Numbered from the stretch's first letter, positions 28,694 through 38,546 are shown. The stretch: DNA of 64,000 nucleotides from an uncultured Gemmatimonadales bacterium (GCA_963708135.1 OY970192.1:3872001-3936000); one strand, 5' to 3'. Notes: generated by a model from the sequence alone, not told the origin. Numbers and translations: made by a program.

Positions 28694-29026
28694 CGCTGGA
28701 TCCAGGGACGCGCAGGAGGGGCCGCGCTGAGGAACGCGGCGGCGAAAGGGCGGCCTCGCGTGCTTCCGGGTGCCGCCCCGGGGGCAGCAGCCGCCCTCGC
28801 TGCTCGCCCTCGATCTGACGGCGAATCCCGCGGAGCGGGGCATCCTCGAGCAGCGTATCGTCACTGGCCCGTCGAGCGCCGGAAGAACGCAGCTTGATGA
28901 GGCCCGCCGCCGGGGAGCCCACGCGGTGGTCGCCCGTGGCGTGGAGGCACCTCACGAGTGAATCCCGCGAAGGGAGCGCGGCGGTCCCCTGATCCGGGTG
29001 CCGCGGCTCGACAGCGGCGTCTCCGT

Positions 29027-30223
29027 CTACCCCTCGATCGCCCCCACGCTCACCGTCTCGACGATCGACTCGAGCGCCTCCGCCTGCCGCTCGGCGTCGG
29101 CCTCGCCGAGTTCCATCAGCCGGTTCACGTACTCGGGCACGAACAGCAGCATCGACAGCAGGTCCGGGCTCGCCGTCTCGCGCGTTCCCAGGCCGCGCGT
29201 CAGGAACTTGAAGGCCCGCGGCAGCTGCGGCTCGTACTTGCGCGCCATCCGGCCCAGGTCGCGCGAGGGCCGGATCGCGATGAAGTCCACGATCCTGAGC
29301 CCGCCCCGCTCCTCGGCGGGCAGCTTCTCCAGCAGCGCGTTGAAGCGCTGCATGCGCAGCGCATCCTGGTCGATCAGGTCCAGGAAGATCGCGTTCATGA
29401 GCGCGCCGAAGACCGTCGCCGGCGGGGGATAGCCGACCAACTGCTTCCGCCGCGCGGCCGTCGGCGGCGCGTCGTAGCGCGTGGAGATCGCGATGATCCG
29501 GCGCGCGCCCAGGTGCAGCGCCGGCGAGAGCGGCGCGGCCAGCCGCACCCCCCCGTCGCCATACCACGCGTCGCCGATCCGGACGGCGGGAAAGAACAGC
29601 GGGATCGCCGCGGAGGCCATGACGTGGTCCACCGTCAGGTGCGTGTGCACCGCCCGCCGCTGCGGCCGCTTCCATGGCGCGATGTCGCGCCCCTCCACCC
29701 AGACCACGGACTGCGCCGTGGTGTAGGAGGACGTGCTCAGCGCGACGGCCTTCAGCACCTCCCGGTTCAGGTTGTACTCGATCCCGGTCAGCCGGCCATC
29801 CACCGCGCCGAACGCCTCCTCGAGGTAGCGGCGGAGCGGCGACGTGTCGAGGAAGCTCTTCACCTCCCGCCCTGGCAGCACGCCCCCCGACATCAGCCGG
29901 CCGCCCCAGCGGAAGACGTTCCACGCGAGCGAGCCCGCGCTCACGTCGAACACCTGCTCCGGCGTGAGCTGCACCCACAGCGTGGCCAGCTCTTCGATGC
30001 CCTGTCGGAACGTGCCGTGGCGGCAGGCGAGATGGGCGGCGTTGACCGCGCCGGCGGAAACCCCCGTCAGGATCGGCAGGTCGAGGTCCGGGTACTTGCG
30101 CGCGAGCCACCGCAGCACGCCCACCTGGTACGCGCCCCGCGCACCCCCGCCCGTGAGGACGAGGGCCAGGTCATCTCTCGGCGTGGCCGCGGCCTTTCCT
30201 CGGGCGCGCAGCGTCGTGCTCAT
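29027..30223 (-). CDS. Patatin-like phospholipase
   Basis: LVLTGGGARGAYQ, GVSAG nucleophile, DGG motif. Confidence 0.93.
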   Translation of the reverse strand: MSTTLRARGKAAATPRDDLALVLTGGGARGAYQVGVLRWLARKYPDLDLPILTGVSAGAVNAAHLACRHGTFRQGIEELATLWVQLTPEQVFDVSAGSLAWNVFRWGGRLMSGGVLPGREVKSFLDTSPLRRYLEEAFGAVDGRLTGIEYNLNREVLKAVALSTSSYTTAQSVVWVEGRDIAPWKRPQRRAVHTHLTVDHVMASAAIPLFFPAVRIGDAWYGDGGVRLAAPLSPALHLGARRIIAISTRYDAPPTAARRKQLVGYPPPATVFGALMNAIFLDLIDQDALRMQRFNALLEKLPAEERGGLRIVDFIAIRPSRDLGRMARKYEPQLPRAFKFLTRGLGTRETASPDLLSMLLFVPEYVNRLMELGEADAERQAEALESIVETVSVGAIEG

Positions 30224-30255
30224 GCCCGGTCGAATCGCAAGAGGAGTTCCGGTCT

Positions 30256-31851
30256 TCAGTCCAGCTGAACCTGCCGGACCTGATGGACGTCCGGCACCCG
30301 CCGCAGCGCGGCCAGCAGGTCGGCGTCGAGGCGCCCGTCCACGCTCACGGCCGCCAGCGCATCGCCGCCCTCCGTCAGCCGCGCCTGGTGGTACTCGGCG
30401 ATGTTCACGCCCCCATCCCCGAGCAGCGTGCCGACCCGCCCGATCACCCCCGGAACGTCGCGGTTTCGCAGCACGACCAGGGCGCCGCGGGGCAGAATGT
30501 CCACGTGGAAGTCGTCGATCCGCACCACCCGCGGGTGCCCCTCCGCCAGCAGCGCCCCGGCCACGCGTGTCCGGCGGGCGCCGGTCAGGCGGAGCTCGAC
30601 ATACTCGGCGTAGTCGCCGTCGGGCGTGAGCCGCACCCGCTCGACGCGCAGCCCGCGGCTGGCGGCGAGGTGGAGCGCGTTCACGTAGTTCACGGCGCCA
30701 CGGCCGACGACGTCGCCGAGCAGCCCGACCAGCGCGGCGGCGGAGAGCGGCCGGAGGGCCTCCTCGAGGCCGCCGGCGTGGCAGATCTCGACGGCGCGGG
30801 TCGGCCCATCGGCGCACGCGGCCGCGAGCCGGCCGAGCCGCTCGGCCAGCTCGAGCAGCGGCCGGATCCGCCGCATCGCCTCGCCGCCGACCGCCGGGGC
30901 GTTGACCGCGCGCGAGTAGTCGCCCTCGAGCAGCGCATCGCGCACGGCCTCGCAGATCTCGACGGCGACGTTCTGCTGCGCCTCGGTCGTGGCAGCGCCG
31001 AGGTGCGGGGTGAGGACGATGTTGGGGAAGGCGCGCAGCGGGGATTCGGGCGCCAGCGGCTCGGCGGCGTAGACGTCGAGCGCGGCGCCCGCGACGTGGC
31101 CGCTCTCGAGGGCGCGGGCGAGCGCGGCCTCATCGACCACGCCGCCGCGCGAGGCGTTCACGATGTAGACGCCCGGGCGGGTGCGGGCCAGCGCGGCGTC
31201 GTCGAGCAGCCCCTCGGTGGCCGGCGTGAGCGGCACGTGGAGCGTGATCACGTCGGCGCGCGCCAGCACCTCCTCGAGCGTGGCCGCCTCGACGTCCAGC
31301 GCCTCCGCCCGGTCGAGCGTGAGGTACGGATCGTAGGCGACGACGTCCATGCCGAACGCCCGCGCGCGCTTCGCCACCTCGCCGCCGATGCGGCCGGCGC
31401 CCACCAGCCCCAGCGTCTTGCCGTACAGCTCGATCCCGGTGTACGCCTTCCGGTCCCACGCCCCTTCCTTCACCGAGCGGTCGGCCGCCGGCACCTTGCG
31501 CGCGAGCGAGAGCAGCAGCGCGAAGGTCAGCTCCGCCGCCGAGATCGTGTTCCCGGACGGCGCGTTGAGGACCGCCACGCCCCGCTCCGTGGCCGCCTCC
31601 ACGTCGATGTTGTCCACCCCGACGCCCGCTCGACCGATCACCTTCAGCCGGTCCGCCCGCGCCAGCGCCTCGCGCGTGATGGTGGTCGAGCTGCGCACGA
31701 TGACCGCGTCCGCCTCCGCGATCGCCGCCGCCAGCGCCTCCCCCGAGAGCCCCTTCCGCTCCACCAGCTCGAAGTGGCCGTTCTCGCGCAGCGGCAGCGT
31801 CCCCTCCGGCGCGATGGCATCGGCCAGCAGCACGGTGAACCGCTCGCTCAT
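30256..31851 (-). CDS. serA: D-3-phosphoglycerate dehydrogenase (long form with ASB and ACT domains)
   Basis: GRAGVGVDNID, GAGRIG, NASRGG, LTPHLGAAT, C-terminal DVPGVIG ACT domain. Confidence 0.95.
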   Translation of the reverse strand: MSERFTVLLADAIAPEGTLPLRENGHFELVERKGLSGEALAAAIAEADAVIVRSSTTITREALARADRLKVIGRAGVGVDNIDVEAATERGVAVLNAPSGNTISAAELTFALLLSLARKVPAADRSVKEGAWDRKAYTGIELYGKTLGLVGAGRIGGEVAKRARAFGMDVVAYDPYLTLDRAEALDVEAATLEEVLARADVITLHVPLTPATEGLLDDAALARTRPGVYIVNASRGGVVDEAALARALESGHVAGAALDVYAAEPLAPESPLRAFPNIVLTPHLGAATTEAQQNVAVEICEAVRDALLEGDYSRAVNAPAVGGEAMRRIRPLLELAERLGRLAAACADGPTRAVEICHAGGLEEALRPLSAAALVGLLGDVVGRGAVNYVNALHLAASRGLRVERVRLTPDGDYAEYVELRLTGARRTRVAGALLAEGHPRVVRIDDFHVDILPRGALVVLRNRDVPGVIGRVGTLLGDGGVNIAEYHQARLTEGGDALAAVSVDGRLDADLLAALRRVPDVHQVRQVQLD

Positions 31852-32945
31852 CGCGCGAGCACCTCCTCCACCGCCCCGAGCACCGCTTCCGTCTCCGCCA
31901 CCGTGTGGTCCCCCATGTGGCCGATCCGGATCGTCGCCTCCTTCAGCGCGCCGTACCCCGTGGCGATCGTATAGCCCCGCTCCTTCACCGCCCGCACCAC
32001 CTCCGGTCCCGTGCGCCCCTCCGGCACCCTGATGCAGGTCACGCACGGCGAGCGGTAGCCCGCCGGCGCCAGGACCGAGACGTCCGCCTTCTCCCGCACC
32101 CGCTCGACCCACGACCACGTCGTCTCCGCCATGCGCATGTGCCGCTCCCAGCGCCGCTCGATCCCCTCCTCGTTGATCCGCCGCACCTGCGCCGACAGCG
32201 CGTACAGGAGCGAGACCGCCGGCGTGTTCGGCGTCTGGTTCTTCTCGATGTTCTTCTCGAACTCCAGGAAGTCGAAGTAGATGCCGCGGTCCTTCTTCGA
32301 TGCCGCCCGCTCCAGGATCGCCTCGTTCGCGACGCCGAACGCGAGCCCCGGCGGCAGCGCCAGCGCCTTCTGCGAGCCCGTCAGCGCGAAGTCGAGCCCC
32401 CACCCGTCGGTCTCCAGCGCGCCGCCGCCCACGCTGGACACGCCGTCCACCAGAAGCACCACGTCGCCGGCCGCGTGCACCACCTCCGAGATCTCCCGCA
32501 CCGGGTTCAGCACCCCGGTCGACGTCTCCGAGTGCACCACCGTCACCGCGTCGTAGATGCCGCGGCGGAGCGCCTCCTCCACCATCTCCGGCGTGTTCAC
32601 CTCGCCGAACGGCACCTCGAGCGGGTCCGCGTCGAGTCCCGTCGCGTTCGCGATCCGGTGGAAACGCTGGCTGAACGCGCCGTTCACCAGCGACAGCACC
32701 CGCCGCCGCGCGCCGTTCCGGAGCGCCCCCTCCATGAGCCCCGTGGCCGAGGAGGCGGACAGGTACACCGGCCGGCGCGTGCGGAAGATCTCCTTCAGCC
32801 CCGGCTCGATGCCCCCGATCAGCGCCTCCATCTCCTGGACCCGGTGTCCGATCATGGGCTGCGTCATTGCCTCGAGAATCTCCGGCAGGACCTCGGTCGG
32901 GCCCGGCAGGAAGAAGCGGCCGAAAGCGGGGTGCGTCGTCGACAT
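31848..32945 (-). CDS. Class V PLP aminotransferase (AGT/serine-pyruvate type), probable phosphoserine aminotransferase
   Basis: LPGPT, HSETSTG, VDGVSS, TGSQKALALPPG, RIGHMG; stop overlaps the serA start. Confidence 0.85.
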   Translation of the reverse strand: MSTTHPAFGRFFLPGPTEVLPEILEAMTQPMIGHRVQEMEALIGGIEPGLKEIFRTRRPVYLSASSATGLMEGALRNGARRRVLSLVNGAFSQRFHRIANATGLDADPLEVPFGEVNTPEMVEEALRRGIYDAVTVVHSETSTGVLNPVREISEVVHAAGDVVLLVDGVSSVGGGALETDGWGLDFALTGSQKALALPPGLAFGVANEAILERAASKKDRGIYFDFLEFEKNIEKNQTPNTPAVSLLYALSAQVRRINEEGIERRWERHMRMAETTWSWVERVREKADVSVLAPAGYRSPCVTCIRVPEGRTGPEVVRAVKERGYTIATGYGALKEATIRIGHMGDHTVAETEAVLGAVEEVLAR

Positions 32946-33031
32946 GATTCGTTCTCGCGGGTGTCGAAGGGGCGGCGGCTGGCTACGGGACGAAAGTGGC
33001 GGCGGACGAGTGGACCGGCAAGGCTGCCCTC

Positions 33032-33835
33032 GGGTTGAAGGGGCAGGTTCAGGTGGAGGGGCAGGTTCAGGTGGAGGGGACAGGGGCAGAAACGGAAGGC
33101 AGGAGGCATGTTCAGGGGGAGGTGTAGGTGTATGGGGCGCAAGGTTGGCGCGTTCCGCCATGGTGGCGCCCGGGGATGGGCCAAGAATCGGGGCATGGCT
33201 TCTCTTCTCGACCACGACCGACTGGAGGTCTACCACTACGCCCTCCAGTTCGACCGGCAGGCGAATGTCCTGCTGCGCACCGCCGGCGTCCGCGGCGACA
33301 AGCGCGACCAGCTCCGCCGGGCAGCGGCCTCGATCGTCCTCAACATCGCAGAGGGGGCTGGAGAGTTTTCGCCCAAGGACAAGGCCAGGTTCTATCGCTA
33401 TGCGCGTCGCTCCGCCACGGAATGCGCTGCCGTCCTCGACCTCCTGATGAACGACTATGGCCTGGACCCCGCGGCCCTCGCCGAGCCGCGGAAATCGCTG
33501 TCCAGCATCATCGCGATGCTGGTGCGGCTACTCCAGACGCTGGATCCCACCATTCCCCGCCGCACCGGAAAGCGGCCACCCCCTTCAGACCCCTGATCCC
33601 GACCCCCTGAACCTGCACCTCCCCTTCCACCTGAACCTGCCCTCTGCCTTCTGTACCTGCCCCTGCCCCTCAACCTGCCCCTGCCCCTCAACCTGCCCCT
33701 GCCCCTCAACCTGAACCTGCCCTCTGCCTTCAGTACCTGCCCCTGCCTTCTGTACCTGCCCCTGCCTTCTGTACCTGCCCCTGCCTTCAGTACCTGCCCC
33801 TGCCTTCTGTACCTGCCCCTCCCCCTCAACCTGAC
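33032..33835. mobile_element. Cassette: four-helix-bundle gene between inverted low-complexity arms
   Basis: Left arm ggggcaggttcaggtgga x2 plus variants; right arm has its complement tccacctgaacctgcc (33626-33641) plus 18 bp x3 and 19 bp x5 arrays. Mobility is inferred. Confidence 0.7.
33195..33596 (+). CDS. Four-helix-bundle protein (23S rRNA IVP / bAvd-like family)
   Basis: HDRLEVY, DQLRRAAASIVLNIAEG, RFYRYARRSATEC. Confidence 0.92.
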   Translation: MASLLDHDRLEVYHYALQFDRQANVLLRTAGVRGDKRDQLRRAAASIVLNIAEGAGEFSPKDKARFYRYARRSATECAAVLDLLMNDYGLDPAALAEPRKSLSSIIAMLVRLLQTLDPTIPRRTGKRPPPSDP

Positions 33836-33844
33836 CCGCGCCGT

Positions 33845-34522
33845 TCACCAACCGCCGAGCCCCCCACGAATGGCTACCTCCATCACCTCCTTCATCCCGC
33901 CGGCCACGAAGTCCGCCCCCTCCACCACCGCCTCGCGCCGAAACACGCCCGTATACGCCGCGAACGCATCCGCGGGCGGCCGCGCCTCGAGGTCCGTCGC
34001 GCCATCGCCGACCACGAGCACCGGCCGCGGGAGCGGCGGCCTGCCGCCCTCCCCCGCCAGCCAGCGCGCGAGCACCTCCGGCTTCCCGCCCGAGCGGGCC
34101 AGCGGCGAGGCGGTGTCGAAGCCGGCGTAGGCGCCGTCGGCAGAGAAGAAGATGTCCACCGCGGCCACGTCGTCGCCTTCGATGCCGAGCTCGCGGCCCA
34201 GGGCGGCGACGGCGGGGCGCAGCCCGCCGGACATGATGCGTACGGCGATGCCCGCCTCCCGTAGCCCCCGGACGAGCGTGTGTGCCCCGGGCTGGAGCGC
34301 GGCGATGTACTGGCTGCCGAGCCTCTCGACGCGCGCCCGGTCGGGCCGCACGATCTCGAGCCGGCGGCCGTAGACCTCCTCGAGCGGCACCTCCCCGCGC
34401 ATGGCCCGCGCCGTGAGCGCCTCGATCTCGGCCTCGTGCGCGCCCGCGGCCAGCGCGTCGATGCCCTCGATCGAGGAGAGGGTGCCGTCGCAGTCGAGGA
34501 CGACGCCGCGGAACGCGCTCAC
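33845..34522 (-). CDS. serB: HAD-IB phosphatase, probable phosphoserine phosphatase
   Basis: DCDGTLSSIEGID, AMRGEV, MSGG, GDGATDL; in the serA operon. Confidence 0.85.
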   Translation of the reverse strand: MSAFRGVVLDCDGTLSSIEGIDALAAGAHEAEIEALTARAMRGEVPLEEVYGRRLEIVRPDRARVERLGSQYIAALQPGAHTLVRGLREAGIAVRIMSGGLRPAVAALGRELGIEGDDVAAVDIFFSADGAYAGFDTASPLARSGGKPEVLARWLAGEGGRPPLPRPVLVVGDGATDLEARPPADAFAAYTGVFRREAVVEGADFVAGGMKEVMEVAIRGGLGGW

Positions 34523-35982
34523 CGCGCGGCCAGCTCGCGGATCACGTCGTAGACGAACTTCGTGCCGAAGCGGAGGTTCTCGAGGGACACCCGCTCGTCG
34601 TTGCCGTGGACGCCGTGGCTGTCCGCCTCGGTGGTGCGGAACGGATCGAAGCCGTAGCAGTCGATCCCCTTCTCGCGGAAGAAGTGGCAGTCGGTGAAGC
34701 CGGTCTGCATCTCGGACAGCACGAGCGCGCCGGGGTCGTTGCGGAGCGCCACGGTCCGGAGCGCCTGGTAGAGCGGCCCGGTGGTCGGGGACACCGTGGC
34801 CGGCCAGCCGATGCCCTGCGGCTTGACCTCCACGGAGTCGTCGCCGATCACCTGCCGGATCTGCCGCAGGAAGTCGTCCTGGCCCTGCCCGGGCAGCAGC
34901 CGCACATCCAGCGAGGCGTGCGCCTCGGGCGGGATCACGTTCACCTTGTTCGAGGCGCCCAGCATCGTGATGGACACCGTGTTCCTGAGCAGCGCGTTCT
35001 GGAACGGATCCTTCTCGATCTCGGCCAGCCCGACGGGGTCTCTGACCGTGGCCGCGATGTCGGCGTAGAGCGGCCGCAGCTCGGGAGACGCCACCTTCGC
35101 CAGGTCGTGGAAGTAGGCGGCCGTCACGGGCAGCACCTCGACCGGCGTCCGCCACGCGCGGATCCGCTCCAGCGCCCGCACCAGCCGGTTCGGCGCACTG
35201 CCGACCAGCGGCATCGAGGCGTGGCCGGGCCGGCCGTGCGCGACGAGGTCCAGCCAGAACGGGCTCTTCTCCGTGACCGTGATGCCGTAGTAGAGCAGCC
35301 GGCCGTCATCGGCCAGGGAGATGTCGCCGCCCTCGTTCAGAATCGCGCCCGCATCCTTCACCAGCTCGAAGTGGTTCCTCGCGACGTCGCCCGCGCCGAG
35401 CGTCCCGCCCACCTCCTCGTCGCTCGTGGACACGAACACGACGTCCCTGTCCAGCTTCGCGCCCGACCGCTTCAGCGCCAGCAGCGCCTCGAGCTCCGTG
35501 ATCGCCATCCCCTTCATGTCCTGCGCGCCCCGGCCCCACACGTACCCGTCCTTGATCAGCCCCGCGAAGGGATCCACGCTCCAGTACTCGGGCGAGGCCG
35601 GCACCACGTCCATGTGATTGAGCAGCACGAGCGCCGGCTTCTTGCTCGCCGCCGGCAGCGGCGACGGCCAGCGCGCCACCAGGTTCGCCTTCCCCGCCAC
35701 CGGCCCCCACGTCGTGTACTGGATCCCCTCCCGGTCCAGGATGCAGGCCAGGAACGCCGCCGCCTTCGCCTCGTTCCCCGGCGGGTTCGTGGTGTTAACG
35801 TGGATGTAGGCCGATAGCGTCTCCGACGCCTCCTTCTCCACCAACGCCCAGTCCGTCGGGTGCGCCGCGGCCGCCGGCGCGGGCGGCTGCACCTCCGAGC
35901 CGCACGGCTTCTGGGCGGCCGCCGCCGCCGGGAACGCCAGCAGGACGGCCAGCAGCGACAGCGGGGTGCGGCGAGCGCGCAC
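34519..35982 (-). CDS. Secreted M20/M25/M40 metallopeptidase
   Basis: LNHMDVVP, WGRGAQDMKG, DEEVGG, HGNDE; signal peptide. Confidence 0.9.
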   Translation of the reverse strand: MRARRTPLSLLAVLLAFPAAAAAQKPCGSEVQPPAPAAAAHPTDWALVEKEASETLSAYIHVNTTNPPGNEAKAAAFLACILDREGIQYTTWGPVAGKANLVARWPSPLPAASKKPALVLLNHMDVVPASPEYWSVDPFAGLIKDGYVWGRGAQDMKGMAITELEALLALKRSGAKLDRDVVFVSTSDEEVGGTLGAGDVARNHFELVKDAGAILNEGGDISLADDGRLLYYGITVTEKSPFWLDLVAHGRPGHASMPLVGSAPNRLVRALERIRAWRTPVEVLPVTAAYFHDLAKVASPELRPLYADIAATVRDPVGLAEIEKDPFQNALLRNTVSITMLGASNKVNVIPPEAHASLDVRLLPGQGQDDFLRQIRQVIGDDSVEVKPQGIGWPATVSPTTGPLYQALRTVALRNDPGALVLSEMQTGFTDCHFFREKGIDCYGFDPFRTTEADSHGVHGNDERVSLENLRFGTKFVYDVIRELAAR

Positions 35983-36255
35983 GGGTTGCCTCCTTGTCAG
36001 GGATCGGTGGTGAGAGCGGGTGCGGAATGGTGCCGAATACTGCAGGCGCGCCTCCGGCGGCGGCAAGGGACGGCCCACCGCAGAGCTGCGGGCCGCTCCG
36101 GCCGCTCCGGCCGCTCCGGCTCCGCCGCTCGGCGCCCGTCGCGAAGGGGTTGTGCCCCCCTCGCGAAGGATGCAGCTTGGCCGCACGGACGCCCGGAGAC
36201 CGGCCCGGCGGCCACCTCCGCGGCCCCGCGGTTCCCCCAACACCGGAGGCGGCGC

Positions 36256-36873
36256 ATGTCCAACAGGGACGCCCGGCTCGACGCCTACATCGAGGAGGCG
36301 CGCGACTTCGCGCGGCCGATCCTCGTCCATCTCCGCGCGCTCGTCCACGAGGCCGTGCCCGAAGCCGAGGAGACGATCAAGTGGAGCATGCCGAACTTCA
36401 CGGCCGACGGCTCGATCCTCTGCTCCATGGCCGCCTTCAAGGAGCACTGCGCGTTCAACTTCTGGAAGGCCGGCCGCCTGTCGGACCCGGAGGGCATCCT
36501 GAAGCCCACGGGCTCTGAAGGGATGGGCCAGCTGGGCCGCATCACGCGGCTCGAGGATCTCCCTCCGGACGCCGTCCTGAAGGCATACCTGCGGGAGATG
36601 GCCGAGCTCAATCGCCAGCCTTCCGCGCCGCCGCCGAAGCGCGCGCCCAAGCCGCCCGCCGAGGTGCCACCCGACCTGGCCGCCGCGCTCGAGCGCGACG
36701 ACGCCGCGCGCGCCACCTTCGAGGCGTTCTCCCCCAGTCACCGCCGCGAGTACATCGAGTGGATCAGCGAGGCGAAGACAGAGCCGACCCGCAAGAAGCG
36801 CCTCGCCACTACGCTGGCGTGGCTCGCGGAGGGCAGGTCCAGGAACTGGAAGTACGAAGCCGGATCCCGTTAG
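36256..36873 (+). CDS. YdeI/OmpD-associated family protein (DUF1801 + OmdA)
   Basis: EETIKWSMP, AAFKEH, FSPSHRREYIEWISEAK...TRKKR, RNWKY. Confidence 0.9.
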   Translation: MSNRDARLDAYIEEARDFARPILVHLRALVHEAVPEAEETIKWSMPNFTADGSILCSMAAFKEHCAFNFWKAGRLSDPEGILKPTGSEGMGQLGRITRLEDLPPDAVLKAYLREMAELNRQPSAPPPKRAPKPPAEVPPDLAAALERDDAARATFEAFSPSHRREYIEWISEAKTEPTRKKRLATTLAWLAEGRSRNWKYEAGSR

Positions 36874-37007
36874 GCGACGTCGTGGCCGCACCCTGTCCGG
36901 CGTTGCGCAAGCCCGCCCACTCCGCCAACTTGTGGGGTGTGCCGCCGGCGGCCCCCGCGCTGCCGCGGGCGGCCAGCGGTCACCCCCACCACCGGAGCAG
37001 TCCCGCG

Positions 37008-37379
37008 ATGATCACGGTCCTCCTCGTCGACGACCAGTTCGAGCTCCGTGCCATCCATACGGCCTACCTGGAGAAGCACGGCATCCGCGTCTTCACCGCC
37101 GCCGACGGCGACGCCGCCCTCGCCGAAGCCCGCGCGCGACGCCCCGACGTCATCATCCTCGACCATTCGCTGCCCTACCGCACGGGCGTGGAGGTGGCGC
37201 GGGAGCTCAAGGCCGACCCCGTCATGGCGGGGACCCCCATCGTCATGATGACGGCCATGACCTACGGCGCCGTGGGCCGCCGTGCCCGCGCCGCCGGCTG
37301 TGCCTCGTTCCTGGCCAAGCCCGTGGCCCCGGCGCGCGTGCTCCAGGAGGTACTCCGCTTCGGGCCGCGGGCCGCCTGA
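37008..37379 (+). CDS. Single-domain response regulator
   Basis: VLLVDD, PDVIILD, MMTA, FLAKP. Confidence 0.9.
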   Translation: MITVLLVDDQFELRAIHTAYLEKHGIRVFTAADGDAALAEARARRPDVIILDHSLPYRTGVEVARELKADPVMAGTPIVMMTAMTYGAVGRRARAAGCASFLAKPVAPARVLQEVLRFGPRAA

Positions 37380-37395
37380 GGGAACGGCAGCGGCC

Positions 37396-37683
37396 GTGTC
37401 GCGCGCCTTCGTCAACGAGGATGCCGGGGACCACGACCGCGGCCTGCGCTGGGAGCTGCCGCCGCCTGACGATCCCTCCTACGACGCCTCCGCCGCCCTT
37501 GCGCTGCTCGAGGGCGCGCGCGACGGCAACGCCCAGGCCGCCGAGGAGGCCACCGGCTACCACTGGGGTGACCCCCAGCTCCACCCCCACGTCCGCCGCC
37601 TCATGGACAAGGAGCTCGAGCGCCCGCTCGGCGAGCAGGACGCTCGCTTCCTGACGCTGGCGAGGCGCTTCCTGCGGGGGTGA
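37396..37683 (+). CDS. Small hypothetical protein beginning MSRAFVNED
   Basis: GC3-rich codon pattern; N-terminal motif resembles that of some GreA/GreB-like proteins. Confidence 0.65.
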   Translation: MSRAFVNEDAGDHDRGLRWELPPPDDPSYDASAALALLEGARDGNAQAAEEATGYHWGDPQLHPHVRRLMDKELERPLGEQDARFLTLARRFLRG

Positions 37684-37736
37684 GATCGGGGAGAGCATGC
37701 ATCGGCGCTCCCGCGGCTCCTCGGCTTGCCGGCGCC

Positions 37737-38178
37737 ACTCTCTCTCGCGGAGACGCGGAGGTTCGAGGCTCCGAGGGATTCGCTCAGAGGTTGTGGACCA
37801 TGCGCTTGATGCCGTCCTTCAGGAAGGCGGTGTTGAAGTTGAGCAGGAGGCCGGCAGTAGGTCGAGCAGGCGCAGGTAGGTGAGGAGCTGCCGCTGGTGA
37901 ATCGGCGCGATCGCCTTCACCGATTTCACCTCGACCACTTCGCGGAGTCGCGGAGAATTCGTTCAAACCGCGCTCGCGCCCGCCCGGCGACCTTACCGGG
38001 GCGATCCATGATTGGGAATCAAACATCCCGCCCGCGCCCCAGCCCCTGACTCGCGCCTCCAGGCTTTCGCCTTTGAAATGGCGTCCCTCTGCGCCTCCGC
38101 GAACCTCCCGCGGCTCCGCGAGAGAGAGCCCGACGACGAACCCTCCTCGCGCAAGGAAGCCCCTCCGCGAGAGAGAGT
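37737..38178. mobile_element. Decayed cassette with 16 bp perfect terminal inverted repeats and (CGCGGAG)-type arms
   Basis: actctctctcgcggag (37737-37752) / ctccgcgagagagagt (38163-38178); internal ctccgcg/cgcggag repeats. Confidence 0.65.
37784..37938 (-). pseudogene. GxxExxY (PD-(D/E)XK-like) protein, C-terminal fragment with a frameshift
   Basis: Own translation: VVEVKSVKAIAPIHQRQLLTYLRLLD / frameshift / GLLLNFNTAFLKDGIKRMVHNL*. N-terminal half missing. Confidence 0.85.
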
Positions 38179-38267
38179 CCGACAATGCCGGCACCCTGGA
38201 TCAGGATGCGCATGGGCCGCCGCTGGTGGTCCCGCCGCAAACGGGCGCGCCAAGGGCGCGGCCCGCG

Positions 38268-38546
38268 CTACACCCGCCTGCCCCGCGAGATCAGGCCCAC
38301 CACCAGCGCGAACAGCGTCGCGCCGAGGACGGCCCAGATCACCGGAAAGGCCTGGCCGCCCACGTTGATCACGAAAACCGCCGGCAGCCCGGCGGCCCGC
38401 GCGATCCACTGGCCGAGCAGCGCACCGATGAAGCCGACGACGATGGAGACCAGGCACCCGCCGAGCGAGTAGCCCGCGATCGACTGGCCGATCGCCCCGC
38501 ACACCGCGGCGATCAGCAACAGGATGAGGAAACCGAGCAGCGTCAT
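38268..38546 (-). CDS. GlsB/YeaQ/YmgE (transglycosylase-associated) membrane protein
   Basis: GGCLVSIVVGFIGALLG, IWAVLGATLF. Confidence 0.88.
   Translation of the reverse strand: MTLLGFLILLLIAAVCGAIGQSIAGYSLGGCLVSIVVGFIGALLGQWIARAAGLPAVFVINVGGQAFPVIWAVLGATLFALVVGLISRGRRV

Noticed and set aside
33195..33596. Diversity-generating retroelement, suggested by the bAvd-like gene
   Set aside because: No reverse transcriptase and no TR/VR pair with adenine-specific differences; the 281 bp duplication does not show that pattern.
36092..36122. ggccgctcc x3 intergenic repeat
   Set aside because: Short GC-rich tandem with no clear inverted partner; not enough to assign to the cassette family.
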